From Candidatus Sumerlaeaceae bacterium (lineage in GTDB: Bacteria > Sumerlaeota > Sumerlaeia > Sumerlaeales > Sumerlaeaceae), in assembly GCA_051003195.1 (NCBI GenBank), contig JBPCLP010000005.1, positions 19,605 to 83,604 on the forward strand: DNA of 64,000 nucleotides. Reading direction: 5' to 3'. This document shows, one piece after another, positions 20,609-29,497 of the stretch. Position numbers and translations under genes: made by a program. Position 1 is the stretch's first letter; each line of letters opens with the position of its first letter. The notes under the pieces were generated by a model. That model saw only the letters and a program-made list of their open reading frames with translations. It was not told the DNA's origin and ran no database searches.

Positions 20609-21622
20609 CTAATCGTACAACTGCCATTCGTCCGCCGCCGCAGGCGCAGGCCCGGCGAGCGACCAGTTCGAGAATGACGTTTGCGCAGTAGTTGCCGTGA
20701 TCGTTTTCGCCGTAGTATTAATCGTCCGCGGGATATCTATCCACGGACCATTGCCAACCTGCTTTACCAGCTTCAGGGTGGAGACCGTAAGCCCGTTTGC
20801 GCTCAACTCGGCATCCGTATATGGAAAGATCGGCTGGGCGGAGAATGTGCCACCCGTCGACGTGATTGTCCACCAGCGCCCCAGGGAAAGCCGCGCTTCG
20901 AGCCCCGGCGCAACACCCGCGTTTAGCAACACCGTGGAACTGGTATCCTGCGCCATGCTGTTCCACTTGATCCGACAGCCTGTGTTCGAGTAGTCGTAGA
21001 TGCTGTTAACCGTGTTGCTTGTGATAAGATGACTGACCGGGTTGGGCTTCACCAGCAGCGTCAGGCGAATGTCGTCGTAATCCACGTAAGCCGTTCCCGC
21101 GTTATTCCAGGCCGTGGCGCCAAAGTACGGGCCCTGCCAGTAGGTGTAGTAATCGTTGGGAGTGGTGGTAAATGTGTTACTCTGCGTCAGCCACGTGTTC
21201 GTCGCTATAGGACTTCCTGGATTGGGCGGATAAGCGGTGTGGTCCAGGTAGAACCACTGGGACGCCGTATTGCCCGAAACCGCGGTTCCACCGTAGCCCT
21301 GTCCGAACACCGGGATTACATTGGCGTTCGAAGTGCGGTATTTAAAAGTCATGTTATAAGTGCACCCCGGCAGCAGCGTGTAGCTGCTTGGCTCCCAGGC
21401 CACCTGGTCTCCGTTGGAAGTCGAAGTAATACGCGCGTAGCTGTTTCCGTCAGCCGCATCCGAAGCACCAGTCACCACAGTGCGGGTTCCCAACGTTGTC
21501 CAGTAAGGTGACTGCGCCCAGCCCGTCGCTCCGGATTCAAAACTATGGTTGGTATAGATACTCGTCTGCGCCATGGCGCTCATACATGCTGCGCTGACCA
21601 CGAACGTTACTAACAATCTCAA
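20609..21622 (-). CDS. Secreted protein with a CBM4/9-like domain and a short C-terminal tail
   Basis: TTG start after GGGAG, signal ending AMA, NHSFESG, ends PAAADEWQLYD. Confidence 0.75.
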   Translation of the reverse strand: MRLLVTFVVSAACMSAMAQTSIYTNHSFESGATGWAQSPYWTTLGTRTVVTGASDAADGNSYARITSTSNGDQVAWEPSSYTLLPGCTYNMTFKYRTSNANVIPVFGQGYGGTAVSGNTASQWFYLDHTAYPPNPGSPIATNTWLTQSNTFTTTPNDYYTYWQGPYFGATAWNNAGTAYVDYDDIRLTLLVKPNPVSHLITSNTVNSIYDYSNTGCRIKWNSMAQDTSSTVLLNAGVAPGLEARLSLGRWWTITSTGGTFSAQPIFPYTDAELSANGLTVSTLKLVKQVGNGPWIDIPRTINTTAKTITATTAQTSFSNWSLAGPAPAAADEWQLYD

Positions 21623-21766
21623 AATCGATCTCCCAAACCCTGTACGAATAGTGCCCCGTAAGGCAGCCACAGTATTCTTCGAAAGCACCGTTGATAGACA
21701 AGCTAAATCTGCAGTGGAACACGCTAAAAACTGCACTAAGTAGGACGGATCCCCAATGGAAATTAT

Positions 21767-21780
21767 CGAACACTTGTACT
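21767..21780. promoter_or_regulatory. Putative LexA (SOS) box
   Basis: CGAACACTTGTACT (GAAC-N4-GTAC), 8 nt before the uvrA start. Confidence 0.6.
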
Positions 21781-21788
21781 AACCTGCT

Positions 21789-24689
21789 GTGTCCACTGCC
21801 GCCATAGATACGATCGTGATTCGGGGTGCGTGTGAGCATAACCTCAAGAACGTCAGCCTGACCATCCCACGCGATAGTTTGACCGTGGTCACCGGGCTTA
21901 GCGGCAGCGGAAAATCGTCACTGGCCTTCGATACAATCTATGCAGAGGGCCAGCGCCGGTACATGGAATCGCTCAGCGCATACGCTCGGCAGTACCTCGA
22001 CCAGATGCATAAGCCGAAGGTGGAATTCGTCGAAGGGCTTAGCCCATCCATCTCCATCGAGCAGAAGACCGTAAGCAAAAACCCGCGTTCCACCGTCGGC
22101 ACAGTCACCGAAATTTACGATTACCTGCGCGTTTTGTACGCGAACGTCGGACGCCCCCATTGTCCTCAGTGCGGACGGCAGATCACGAAGCAGACCGTTG
22201 CGCAAATCGTGGACTCCATTCTGGGGTGGCCCACGGGCACGAAGATACTTGTGATGGCCCCCATCGTGCGCGGCCGCAAGGGCGAGTACCGGCAGGAATT
22301 CGACGATGCCCGCCGCCAGGGGTATGTGCGCGCCCGTGTGGACGGTGAGATCATCGAACTCGAAAACGCTCCCAAACTCAAGAAAAGCTTTAAGCACGAG
22401 ATTTCAATTGTGATCGATCGGATGATCGTTCGGCAAGACGCGCGAGGGCGTCTGCTGGACTCGCTCACAACAGCTCTCGGTAAGGCCGACGGCCTGGCGG
22501 AAGTGCAGACCGTCGACGACAACAAGGTGCACCTGTTCAGCGAACACTTTGCGTGCCCCGAATGCGGTACCCAGGTCGAAGAAATAACTCCCCGCCTGTT
22601 CTCCTTCAATTCGCCTTACGGCGCATGCCCGAAGTGCAAAGGCATTGGCACATTGATGGAAGTGGACGGGGATTTAGTGGTGCCAGATCGCACTCTTAGT
22701 GTAAAAGACGGGGCGCTTGCCCCCTGGGCTGATGCGATCCATGAATCCGGCGGCAAGGCGCGCAACCCCTGGCAAAGCCAGATCGTTCACGCGCTGGCAA
22801 AGCACTTCAAAATTGATTTGGAGAAACCGTTCGCCAAACTGACTGCGGAGCACCAGAAGATCCTGCTCCACGGCAGCCGCGAAAAGTTCGAAGTTATCCA
22901 GGTCTCCGCCCGTGGCAACAAAACAAAGAGCATGATGACGTGGGAAGGGATGGTCCCGCGTGTGTTGCGCCGTTACACCGAGGACGAGGCCATGGAACTG
23001 GAGCGCTTCTTTCGCGACATGCCCTGCCCCGACTGCGCCGGGCTGCGTCTGCGTCCTGCTTCGCTTGCGGTGAAGATTGGCGGCCTGAACATCGGCGAGT
23101 TCTGCGGCTTTGCGGTGGATGCCGCATTGCGCTTTTTAAGTGAACTGCAGCTCAGCAAACGCGAACTCGCCATTGGCGGCCAGATCCTTAAGGAAATCCG
23201 CGAGCGGCTGGAGTTCCTGTGCAAAGTAGGACTTCACTACATAACGCTGGACCGCAAAAGCGCGACCATCAGCGGCGGCGAAGGACAACGCATCCGCCTT
23301 GCGACGCAAATTGGGTCCCTGCTTACCGGCGTGCTGTACGTGCTGGACGAGCCCAGTATCGGGCTGCATCAGCGCGACAATGAAAAGCTCATCGACGCAT
23401 TGAAGCACCTGCGCGATCTCGGTAACACCGTCATCGTTGTAGAGCACGACGAGCACACGATCCGGTCCGCGGATTACGTCGTCGATCTTGGCCCCGGTGC
23501 GGGTGCGCACGGCGGCCATATAGTTTCCTATGGCAGCCCGGCGCATATTATCAATTGCCCGCAAAGCATCACCGGGCGATTTTTGCGCGGTGATGAAAAG
23601 ATCGCGGTGCCGGCCGAACGCCGCAAGCCTGACGCTAAGCGTCAGCTCGTCGTACGCGGCGCATGCGAGCACAACCTCAAGAACCTCGATGCCGCATTTC
23701 CGCTCGGGCTGTTCATCTGCGTTACGGGTGTCAGCGGTAGCGGCAAATCGACCCTCGTGAACGACATCCTCTATAATTCTTTGTCTCAGTTCGTCTACGA
23801 TGCAGGAACGCGTCCCGGTGCGCACACCAGGATCGATGGCCTGGATCTGATCGACAAAGTCGTCGACGTTGATCAGTCTCCCATCGGCCGTACACCCCGC
23901 TCCAATCCCGCCACCTACACAGGTGTCTTCACTGCCATCCGCGATCTATTTGCGCAACTGCCTGAGGCGCAGATTCGCGGATACGGTCCCGGTCGCTTCA
24001 GCTTCAACGTGAAGGGTGGTCGCTGCGAAGAGTGCACCGGTGACGGCATGTGCAAAATTGAGATGCACTTCCTGCCGGATGTGTACGTTGAGTGCCAGGT
24101 ATGCCGCGGCAGGCGTTTTAACCGCGAAACGCTCGAAGTCACGTTTAAGGGGAAGTCCATTGCCGACGTGCTGGAGATGACCATCGACGAGGCTTGTGAG
24201 TTCTTCAGCGCGCAGCCGTCGATCTGTCACAAGATGCGCACCCTGAGAGATGTTGGTCTTGGATATCTGACATTAGGACAAAGCGCTACCACGCTGAGCG
24301 GCGGTGAGGCGCAGCGCGTAAAACTGGCGAAAGAGCTCAGCAAACGCGCAACCGGCCGTACGGTTTACATTCTGGACGAACCCACCACCGGTCTCCACTT
24401 CGAGGATATTCGCAAACTGCTTGGGGTACTGCAGGCCCTCGTCTCCACCGGCAACACAGTCATTGTCATCGAACACAACCTCGACGTGATTAAAACCGCC
24501 GACTACATTATGGACCTCGGGCCCGAGGGCGGAGAAACTGGAGGTTATATTGTAGCCACCGGTACACCCGAGCAGGTCGCCACCAATGAACGTTCGGTGA
24601 CGGGTCTGTTTATCAAGCATGCGCTGCTGGCGAGTGGGGTATCACCTCCCACCAATATAACTGTACGCAAAACGCGCAATATTGCATAA
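21789..24689 (+). CDS. uvrA: Excinuclease ABC subunit A
   Basis: Two ABC ATPase modules, zinc fingers, [11 protein letters not shown]. Confidence 0.98.
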   Translation: MSTAAIDTIVIRGACEHNLKNVSLTIPRDSLTVVTGLSGSGKSSLAFDTIYAEGQRRYMESLSAYARQYLDQMHKPKVEFVEGLSPSISIEQKTVSKNPRSTVGTVTEIYDYLRVLYANVGRPHCPQCGRQITKQTVAQIVDSILGWPTGTKILVMAPIVRGRKGEYRQEFDDARRQGYVRARVDGEIIELENAPKLKKSFKHEISIVIDRMIVRQDARGRLLDSLTTALGKADGLAEVQTVDDNKVHLFSEHFACPECGTQVEEITPRLFSFNSPYGACPKCKGIGTLMEVDGDLVVPDRTLSVKDGALAPWADAIHESGGKARNPWQSQIVHALAKHFKIDLEKPFAKLTAEHQKILLHGSREKFEVIQVSARGNKTKSMMTWEGMVPRVLRRYTEDEAMELERFFRDMPCPDCAGLRLRPASLAVKIGGLNIGEFCGFAVDAALRFLSELQLSKRELAIGGQILKEIRERLEFLCKVGLHYITLDRKSATISGGEGQRIRLATQIGSLLTGVLYVLDEPSIGLHQRDNEKLIDALKHLRDLGNTVIVVEHDEHTIRSADYVVDLGPGAGAHGGHIVSYGSPAHIINCPQSITGRFLRGDEKIAVPAERRKPDAKRQLVVRGACEHNLKNLDAAFPLGLFICVTGVSGSGKSTLVNDILYNSLSQFVYDAGTRPGAHTRIDGLDLIDKVVDVDQSPIGRTPRSNPATYTGVFTAIRDLFAQLPEAQIRGYGPGRFSFNVKGGRCEECTGDGMCKIEMHFLPDVYVECQVCRGRRFNRETLEVTFKGKSIADVLEMTIDEACEFFSAQPSICHKMRTLRDVGLGYLTLGQSATTLSGGEAQRVKLAKELSKRATGRTVYILDEPTTGLHFEDIRKLLGVLQALVSTGNTVIVIEHNLDVIKTADYIMDLGPEGGETGGYIVATGTPEQVATNERSVTGLFIKHALLASGVSPPTNITVRKTRNIA

Positions 24690-24733
24690 TGTCCGCTGCA
24701 CGAAAAACCCGTTTCGGTCAGCGGCAAACAGTT

Positions 24734-24961
24734 TTAAGCAGCGCGTTTACGTCGGCCTGGTAACAATGGAGCAGATGCTTTGATCTTCCTCACTGCATCT
24801 GGAGTGAACAGCCGCTCACCGCAGGAACTGCACTCGTGAAACTCCAGATCCTGAACCAAAAACGAAGTGCCGTGGTACTCACGCGTCAGGTTCTTACGTT
24901 TGCGGTGCATGGACTGCTTGCCGCATGATGGACATTCAATGACCGCTGGGAGTTTAAGCAT
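24734..24961 (-). CDS. YgiT-type zinc finger protein (MqsA-like N-domain)
   Basis: CPSCG...CSSCGE; GGAGG RBS. Confidence 0.8.
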   Translation of the reverse strand: MLKLPAVIECPSCGKQSMHRKRKNLTREYHGTSFLVQDLEFHECSSCGERLFTPDAVRKIKASAPLLPGRRKRAA

Positions 24962-24975
24962 TTTCCCTCCGAACG

Positions 24976-25221
24976 CTAAGCAGCCCGATCCTTAGCCTCA
25001 TTCCGAATCAGGATGATTGGATTTAAATTTTCTGGCGGGAAAGCGAGTCCGCGATCCCGAAGAAGCGCGACGTGCTCTTCCATTCCATGTCGCCCCTTAT
25101 ATATGCAATCCTCAATGGAATGACCAATTCCCGAAAAACCTTCAAGCTCATCAGAAAAAAACCCAAAGTAATTCGGTTCGTCCGTCGCTTCGATGATAAG
25201 CGAATATGGAAGCTTAATCAT
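24976..25221 (-). CDS. hicB: HicB-family antitoxin
   Basis: YSLIIEA...FGFFS.ELEG..GIGHSIED, then FPP. Confidence 0.7.
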   Translation of the reverse strand: MIKLPYSLIIEATDEPNYFGFFSDELEGFSGIGHSIEDCIYKGRHGMEEHVALLRDRGLAFPPENLNPIILIRNEAKDRAA

Positions 25222-25233
25222 TCTGCCTGCCTT

Positions 25234-25297
25234 TCACTTCAAGCCTGCCGACTTCAAGATCGCTCCACACGTGCCGCACGAGTTCGCTGAATTTCAT
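25234..25297 (-). pseudogene. hicA: Internally deleted hicA toxin remnant
   Basis: ATG 25297 gives MKFSELV; the +1 frame gives GTCGAILKSAGLK-stop, 12 nt before hicB. Confidence 0.65.
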
Positions 25298-25322
25298 TTT
25301 GTGTGCAATGCCATAAATTGAC

Positions 25323-26951
25323 TCACCTGCACGTAACCAGCAGCAAAGTCGCCGCCGGCAAGACCACCTTCACCCGCCGGTCCGGCAGCGCGGGCAACTC
25401 CAGTGGCTTCCACGCGACCTCATTCTTCGGTCCGCCCGGCGTGTGCGGCGCGACATTCGCAGAGAACAGCGTAGTCTTTCCCGACTTCGCGCAGAGTAGT
25501 TGTGCGCTCGCCGTCGTGGTCCCCTCCGGCAATTCAATCGTTAGTGCACGATCCACTTCATTACTGAAATTCATTGCCCACACTGCAACTTCACTCGTCT
25601 TGCTGTCACGCGTCACGTAGCCCCGCAGCCCGGGCTCGCGCACCGTCTTCATAAGCTCGTCCCCCATGTGATTGCGCATCGCGTTCCACGCGAGCGTCAC
25701 CGGGTAGCTGGTCCCATCGGTGTTGTTCGCGATCCAGATCCAGTAATGCGCCGCGCTGAGGCCCAGCCGCGCAAACGAGAAAACCGTTTCCACGCTTCCA
25801 AGCATGTGGGCCATCTGGCCTTCGGTTTCGGTTTCGTTATACGACCAGTAGCTGACGAACCACTCCGTTGCGGCGTACTCCATTTTGCTGGCGTCTCGCC
25901 CGCTCGATGTAACCGTATCCTGCTCCAGCTTGAACTCGCGCTTGTGGTAGAAGTATACGTTTTCCAGGTACGTTTCGATATCGGCTGCAGATTTCTTTTT
26001 ATCGCCCATGCGCTGATAGGGATGATAAGCGATAAAATCCACCGGCACAGAGTGATCACCCAGAATCAGTGCCAGGTGCTTACCCTCCCGCCGTTCCTGT
26101 GCGTTTACAATACAAGGCCCGACCTTGATCGTTGGGTCGGCCGCCTTCATCGCCAGCGCGATCGCCTTGTACTTTTCGTAGAAGTCATAAGGACTCGTGC
26201 GATAGCCGTTAAGCACGTTGATGCTGCCGCTTGTGGAGACGCTCGGTTCATTGCCAATTTCCCAGTATCGGACTTTCGGAGTTGTAGTTTCGCCGGCACG
26301 CAATAACGTGGTGAACTGGTCTCCGGGAACATGTGAGCTCCAGATCAGCCGGTCCATGATGCGGCGGTCCTCGGCATCTTCGATAACGTCGCCTTCGCGA
26401 TACGTCTGCACGATACGATTGCAGTAGCGAACCCAGTCCGCCGCAAGGTTCGCAAGTGTCTCCGTGTCCGACGTATAGTAGATTCCCTTTCCCTGTTCGT
26501 TCTTCCGGTCGATGAGCCCGCGTGCATTCGCCGTGATATAGAGCTCGGCATTGTGATCACGCGCCCAGCGCAGAAACTCGAGCGTCGGCGGGCGTGCTTC
26601 ATGGTTTCGTGTGCGCCAGTCGAAAAGATCCGCAAACAATCCGCCGGCCACACCACGTAAGGAGCTGTTGTCGGAGAGATTTACGCAGTCGCGAATCGCG
26701 ACAGAGAACGCTGCACGCGAGATCGGCTCGTCGTTGAGCGCAAGGCCGCGCACGCCGGGATTAAATTTTGTGCCCGCATTAGAGATGTCGAAGTCGATGG
26801 TAACGGGCGCCGAAGTGACACGAATGGTAGCGGTGGTCTGTTCCTCATTCTCAGGATCGAGGTCGAATCGCACAGTATCCGCTGCGCGCAGGCAGCCCGT
26901 CAGCGAAACAAGCAGCGCCATTGCAATGACGTGCCGAAGATCAGTCCACAC
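25323..26951 (-). CDS. Secreted clan GH-A glycoside hydrolase (GH44/51/79-like); start uncertain
   Basis: YWEIGNEP, DFIAYHPY, ATEW; signal-like N-terminus overlapping the end of nadB. Confidence 0.7.
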   Translation of the reverse strand: MWTDLRHVIAMALLVSLTGCLRAADTVRFDLDPENEEQTTATIRVTSAPVTIDFDISNAGTKFNPGVRGLALNDEPISRAAFSVAIRDCVNLSDNSSLRGVAGGLFADLFDWRTRNHEARPPTLEFLRWARDHNAELYITANARGLIDRKNEQGKGIYYTSDTETLANLAADWVRYCNRIVQTYREGDVIEDAEDRRIMDRLIWSSHVPGDQFTTLLRAGETTTPKVRYWEIGNEPSVSTSGSINVLNGYRTSPYDFYEKYKAIALAMKAADPTIKVGPCIVNAQERREGKHLALILGDHSVPVDFIAYHPYQRMGDKKKSAADIETYLENVYFYHKREFKLEQDTVTSSGRDASKMEYAATEWFVSYWSYNETETEGQMAHMLGSVETVFSFARLGLSAAHYWIWIANNTDGTSYPVTLAWNAMRNHMGDELMKTVREPGLRGYVTRDSKTSEVAVWAMNFSNEVDRALTIELPEGTTTASAQLLCAKSGKTTLFSANVAPHTPGGPKNEVAWKPLELPALPDRRVKVVLPAATLLLVTCR

Positions 26952-28524
26952 GGTAATGTCCACCCCTGCTCGTCCGGTTCTCAAGCGCCGCAAAAAGCAC
27001 TGCCAGCGCTGCCTGGCAGCCATTGCGCAACCCAATCACTTCATCGCTAAGTCGTGCGCGTTCGTAGAAGTATTCGATCTCGGTCTGCAATTCACGCAAT
27101 ATGGCGCGCGCGCGCTTCATTCGCCGGGTTGTACGCACCAGCCCGACATAATTCCACATCGTGTACTTGATCGTCAGCCAGTCCTGCAGAATCAGCGCCG
27201 GGTCTGCGGGTTCGTTCTCGTACCGCCACTCACTTATTTCCGGGAAGTAGTAGCCGTCACTTGTCTGGTTCGCACATTCCTGTGCAACCGACTTTGCGGC
27301 TTCGACGCCCCACACCAGCCCTTCGAGCAAGCTCGTGCTCGCCAGCCGGTTCGCTCCATGGACACCCGTGCAGGCCACCTCTCCGGCGGCGCGCAACCGC
27401 TGAATGGAAGTTCGCCCCTGCAAATCCACGGCTATTCCGCCACAGGCATAATGCGCCGCTGGCACTACGGGAATGGGTTGCTGCGTCATGTCGATTCCGA
27501 TCGCCATGCACTTCTCATAAATATTTGGAAAACGCCGCTTAACCCACTCCGGCTCCTTCATGGTGATGTCCAGGAACACGCACGGCTCATCGTGCTCCAG
27601 CATCTCCGTTTGGATGGCACGCGCCACAACGTCGCGTGGCGCAAGCGAGGCGAGGGGGTGGTATCGTTCCATGAAGGATTCACCGGTACGCCGGATAAGC
27701 ACACCGCCTTCACCGCGCACCGCTTCGCTGATCAGGAAGCTGGCCTTGTTTGATTGCGCCGGGCTCAATCCGTCCTGGTATAAAGCCGTTGGGTGAAACT
27801 GGATATACTCCATATTAAGCAGGCGGGCGCCTGCGCGATAAGCCATGGCAACACCGTCACCGCGGGCACTGCGAGGATTTGTACTGTGCAGGTAAAGCTG
27901 TCCAAGTCCGCCCGTTGCCAGCAACGTTTCCCCCGCAAGCACCGGCTCCACCTTTCCATTCTCCTGGAAAAACGCGTACACACCCACGCAGCTCGGGGGC
28001 GCGTAAACATCCGACGGCCGCTTCGAGTGGTGCGAGAGCGTCAATAGATCGAGCGCAATGGCACCCGTCACAAATTTGATATTCGGATACTTCGCAATTG
28101 CTTCAACCAGGCGATCTTCTACCGCGCGCCCGGTCAGATCAGCGACGTGAATGATTCGCCGCACCGAGTGCGCCGCTTCTTCTGTAATGTCCAACAAGTG
28201 GTCAGGCTTCCGATCGAATGGAACACCCACTTTGTTGATCAGGTATTCCTCTACGTAAGCCGGCCCAAGCTGCGCAAGCTGCTGAATCGCAGCTTCGTTG
28301 CCGAATTCTGCGCCTGCGCGGAAGATATCCTGTGCAAGCAGTTCCGGGCTGTCTCCCTCGCCTTTATAAATGATCCCGCCCTGCGCCCACTCCGTGGCGG
28401 TGGAGCGGCGTGGATCCATGCTCTTGGTCAGTATGGTAACTTCAAGCCCGGCCTCGCCTGCCGCAAGCGCAGCCGAGCAACCCGCAATGCCGGAGCCAAT
28501 GATGAGGAGGTCCGTTTTGATCAC
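26941..28524 (-). CDS. nadB: L-aspartate oxidase
   Basis: GSGIAG, WAQGGI, QFHPT, AHYACGG, HGANRLASTSL. Confidence 0.96.
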   Translation of the reverse strand: MIKTDLLIIGSGIAGCSAALAAGEAGLEVTILTKSMDPRRSTATEWAQGGIIYKGEGDSPELLAQDIFRAGAEFGNEAAIQQLAQLGPAYVEEYLINKVGVPFDRKPDHLLDITEEAAHSVRRIIHVADLTGRAVEDRLVEAIAKYPNIKFVTGAIALDLLTLSHHSKRPSDVYAPPSCVGVYAFFQENGKVEPVLAGETLLATGGLGQLYLHSTNPRSARGDGVAMAYRAGARLLNMEYIQFHPTALYQDGLSPAQSNKASFLISEAVRGEGGVLIRRTGESFMERYHPLASLAPRDVVARAIQTEMLEHDEPCVFLDITMKEPEWVKRRFPNIYEKCMAIGIDMTQQPIPVVPAAHYACGGIAVDLQGRTSIQRLRAAGEVACTGVHGANRLASTSLLEGLVWGVEAAKSVAQECANQTSDGYYFPEISEWRYENEPADPALILQDWLTIKYTMWNYVGLVRTTRRMKRARAILRELQTEIEYFYERARLSDEVIGLRNGCQAALAVLFAALENRTSRGGHYRVD

Positions 28525-28716
28525 GGTTTACAGCACAATGCGAGCGGGGGGGTATGCAATGCAGAAAACGGCATTTCCTGCAACGTCGCAAGTCTCCGCT
28601 ACTTATACGATACGGGTAATTCTCTGCTGAGCGTTCCAGCCATTCTTGAGTTCGGCTGCAAGCAATACCAGTTTCGCAGCAGGCTCCCGCAGAACAAGAA
28701 AAAACCAAAAACTAAT

Positions 28717-28904
28717 AACCACGGATTACACAGATTACACGGATTGGGGGTTATCCGTGTTTTCCGTGTCATCCGTGGTTTGAATATTGTTCTGAAGGGC
28801 TTCAGTGCAGTCCGATTCGTGTGAATTCGTTAGATCGTGGATTACAAAATATCGTACCTTGCTCTCTCTGTGAATGTCTCTGTGTCTCTGTGCCTCTGTG
28901 GTTA
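28717..28904. repeat. Cluster of short-period (8-9 nt) REP-like repeats, including an inverted pair
   Basis: AACCACGGATTACACAGATTACACGGATT (28717-45) versus TATCCGTGTTTTCCGTGTCATCCGTGGTT (28752-80); CTCTGTG repeats at 28866-28901. Confidence 0.7.
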
Positions 28905-29047
28905 GATCGACAAAGCGGAGAAGGGTATCCGCGGGGGCACCATGCTCATCGATAACGATACGCTTGAAGTCGTCATGGCCATGTTCGCATGCACAAAGAC
29001 GTACCTTTCGGCAGCGTTAAAGCTTCAGGGAGAACACAACCCGGGTA

Positions 29048-29323
29048 CTACTTCTGCTTGACGCTCAGCTCGCCCCCGCCGACCGGTTCAGCCGGTGCAA
29101 TCGCAGGATTCAGCGGCGCATGAATTCCCGGTGTCGTGAGATACGGGCCTCCAGGCGGCAGAGGAAAATCCGGGCACTCGCGCGGACACGGCTTCGGCCC
29201 CGGCGGGCAGCGGTTAAATAAATGTTCCGGTGGTACGGGCGGTCCCTGCGGACCGTTGCACCCGGTCGCGACGGCTACCAGCACAGCCATCGCGAGCGTC
29301 AGCTTCAGCGAACTCCCAACCAT
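29048..29323 (-). CDS. Small Pro/Cys-rich lipoprotein
   Basis: Lipobox VATG-C; CPPGPKPCPRECP; GAGG RBS. Confidence 0.65.
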   Translation of the reverse strand: MVGSSLKLTLAMAVLVAVATGCNGPQGPPVPPEHLFNRCPPGPKPCPRECPDFPLPPGGPYLTTPGIHAPLNPAIAPAEPVGGGELSVKQK

Positions 29324-29497
29324 TTTGTCATCCCTCAAAGAACCTTGTACAGCAAGCGCTGCCAAGGTGAATCACTCCCGAAACAACCGTCAACTACAAA
29401 TATCAGTAGATTGTGCATTGGCACGCGATGTCTCTTCCCGATATTCTCTTGAACGTGCGTAGCTTCACCTGCAAGTGATGCAACCTGACGGTGCCGC

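Noticed and set aside
28942..29061. 39-codon ORF MLIDNDTLEV...
   Set aside because: Too short, weak RBS and no recognisable family
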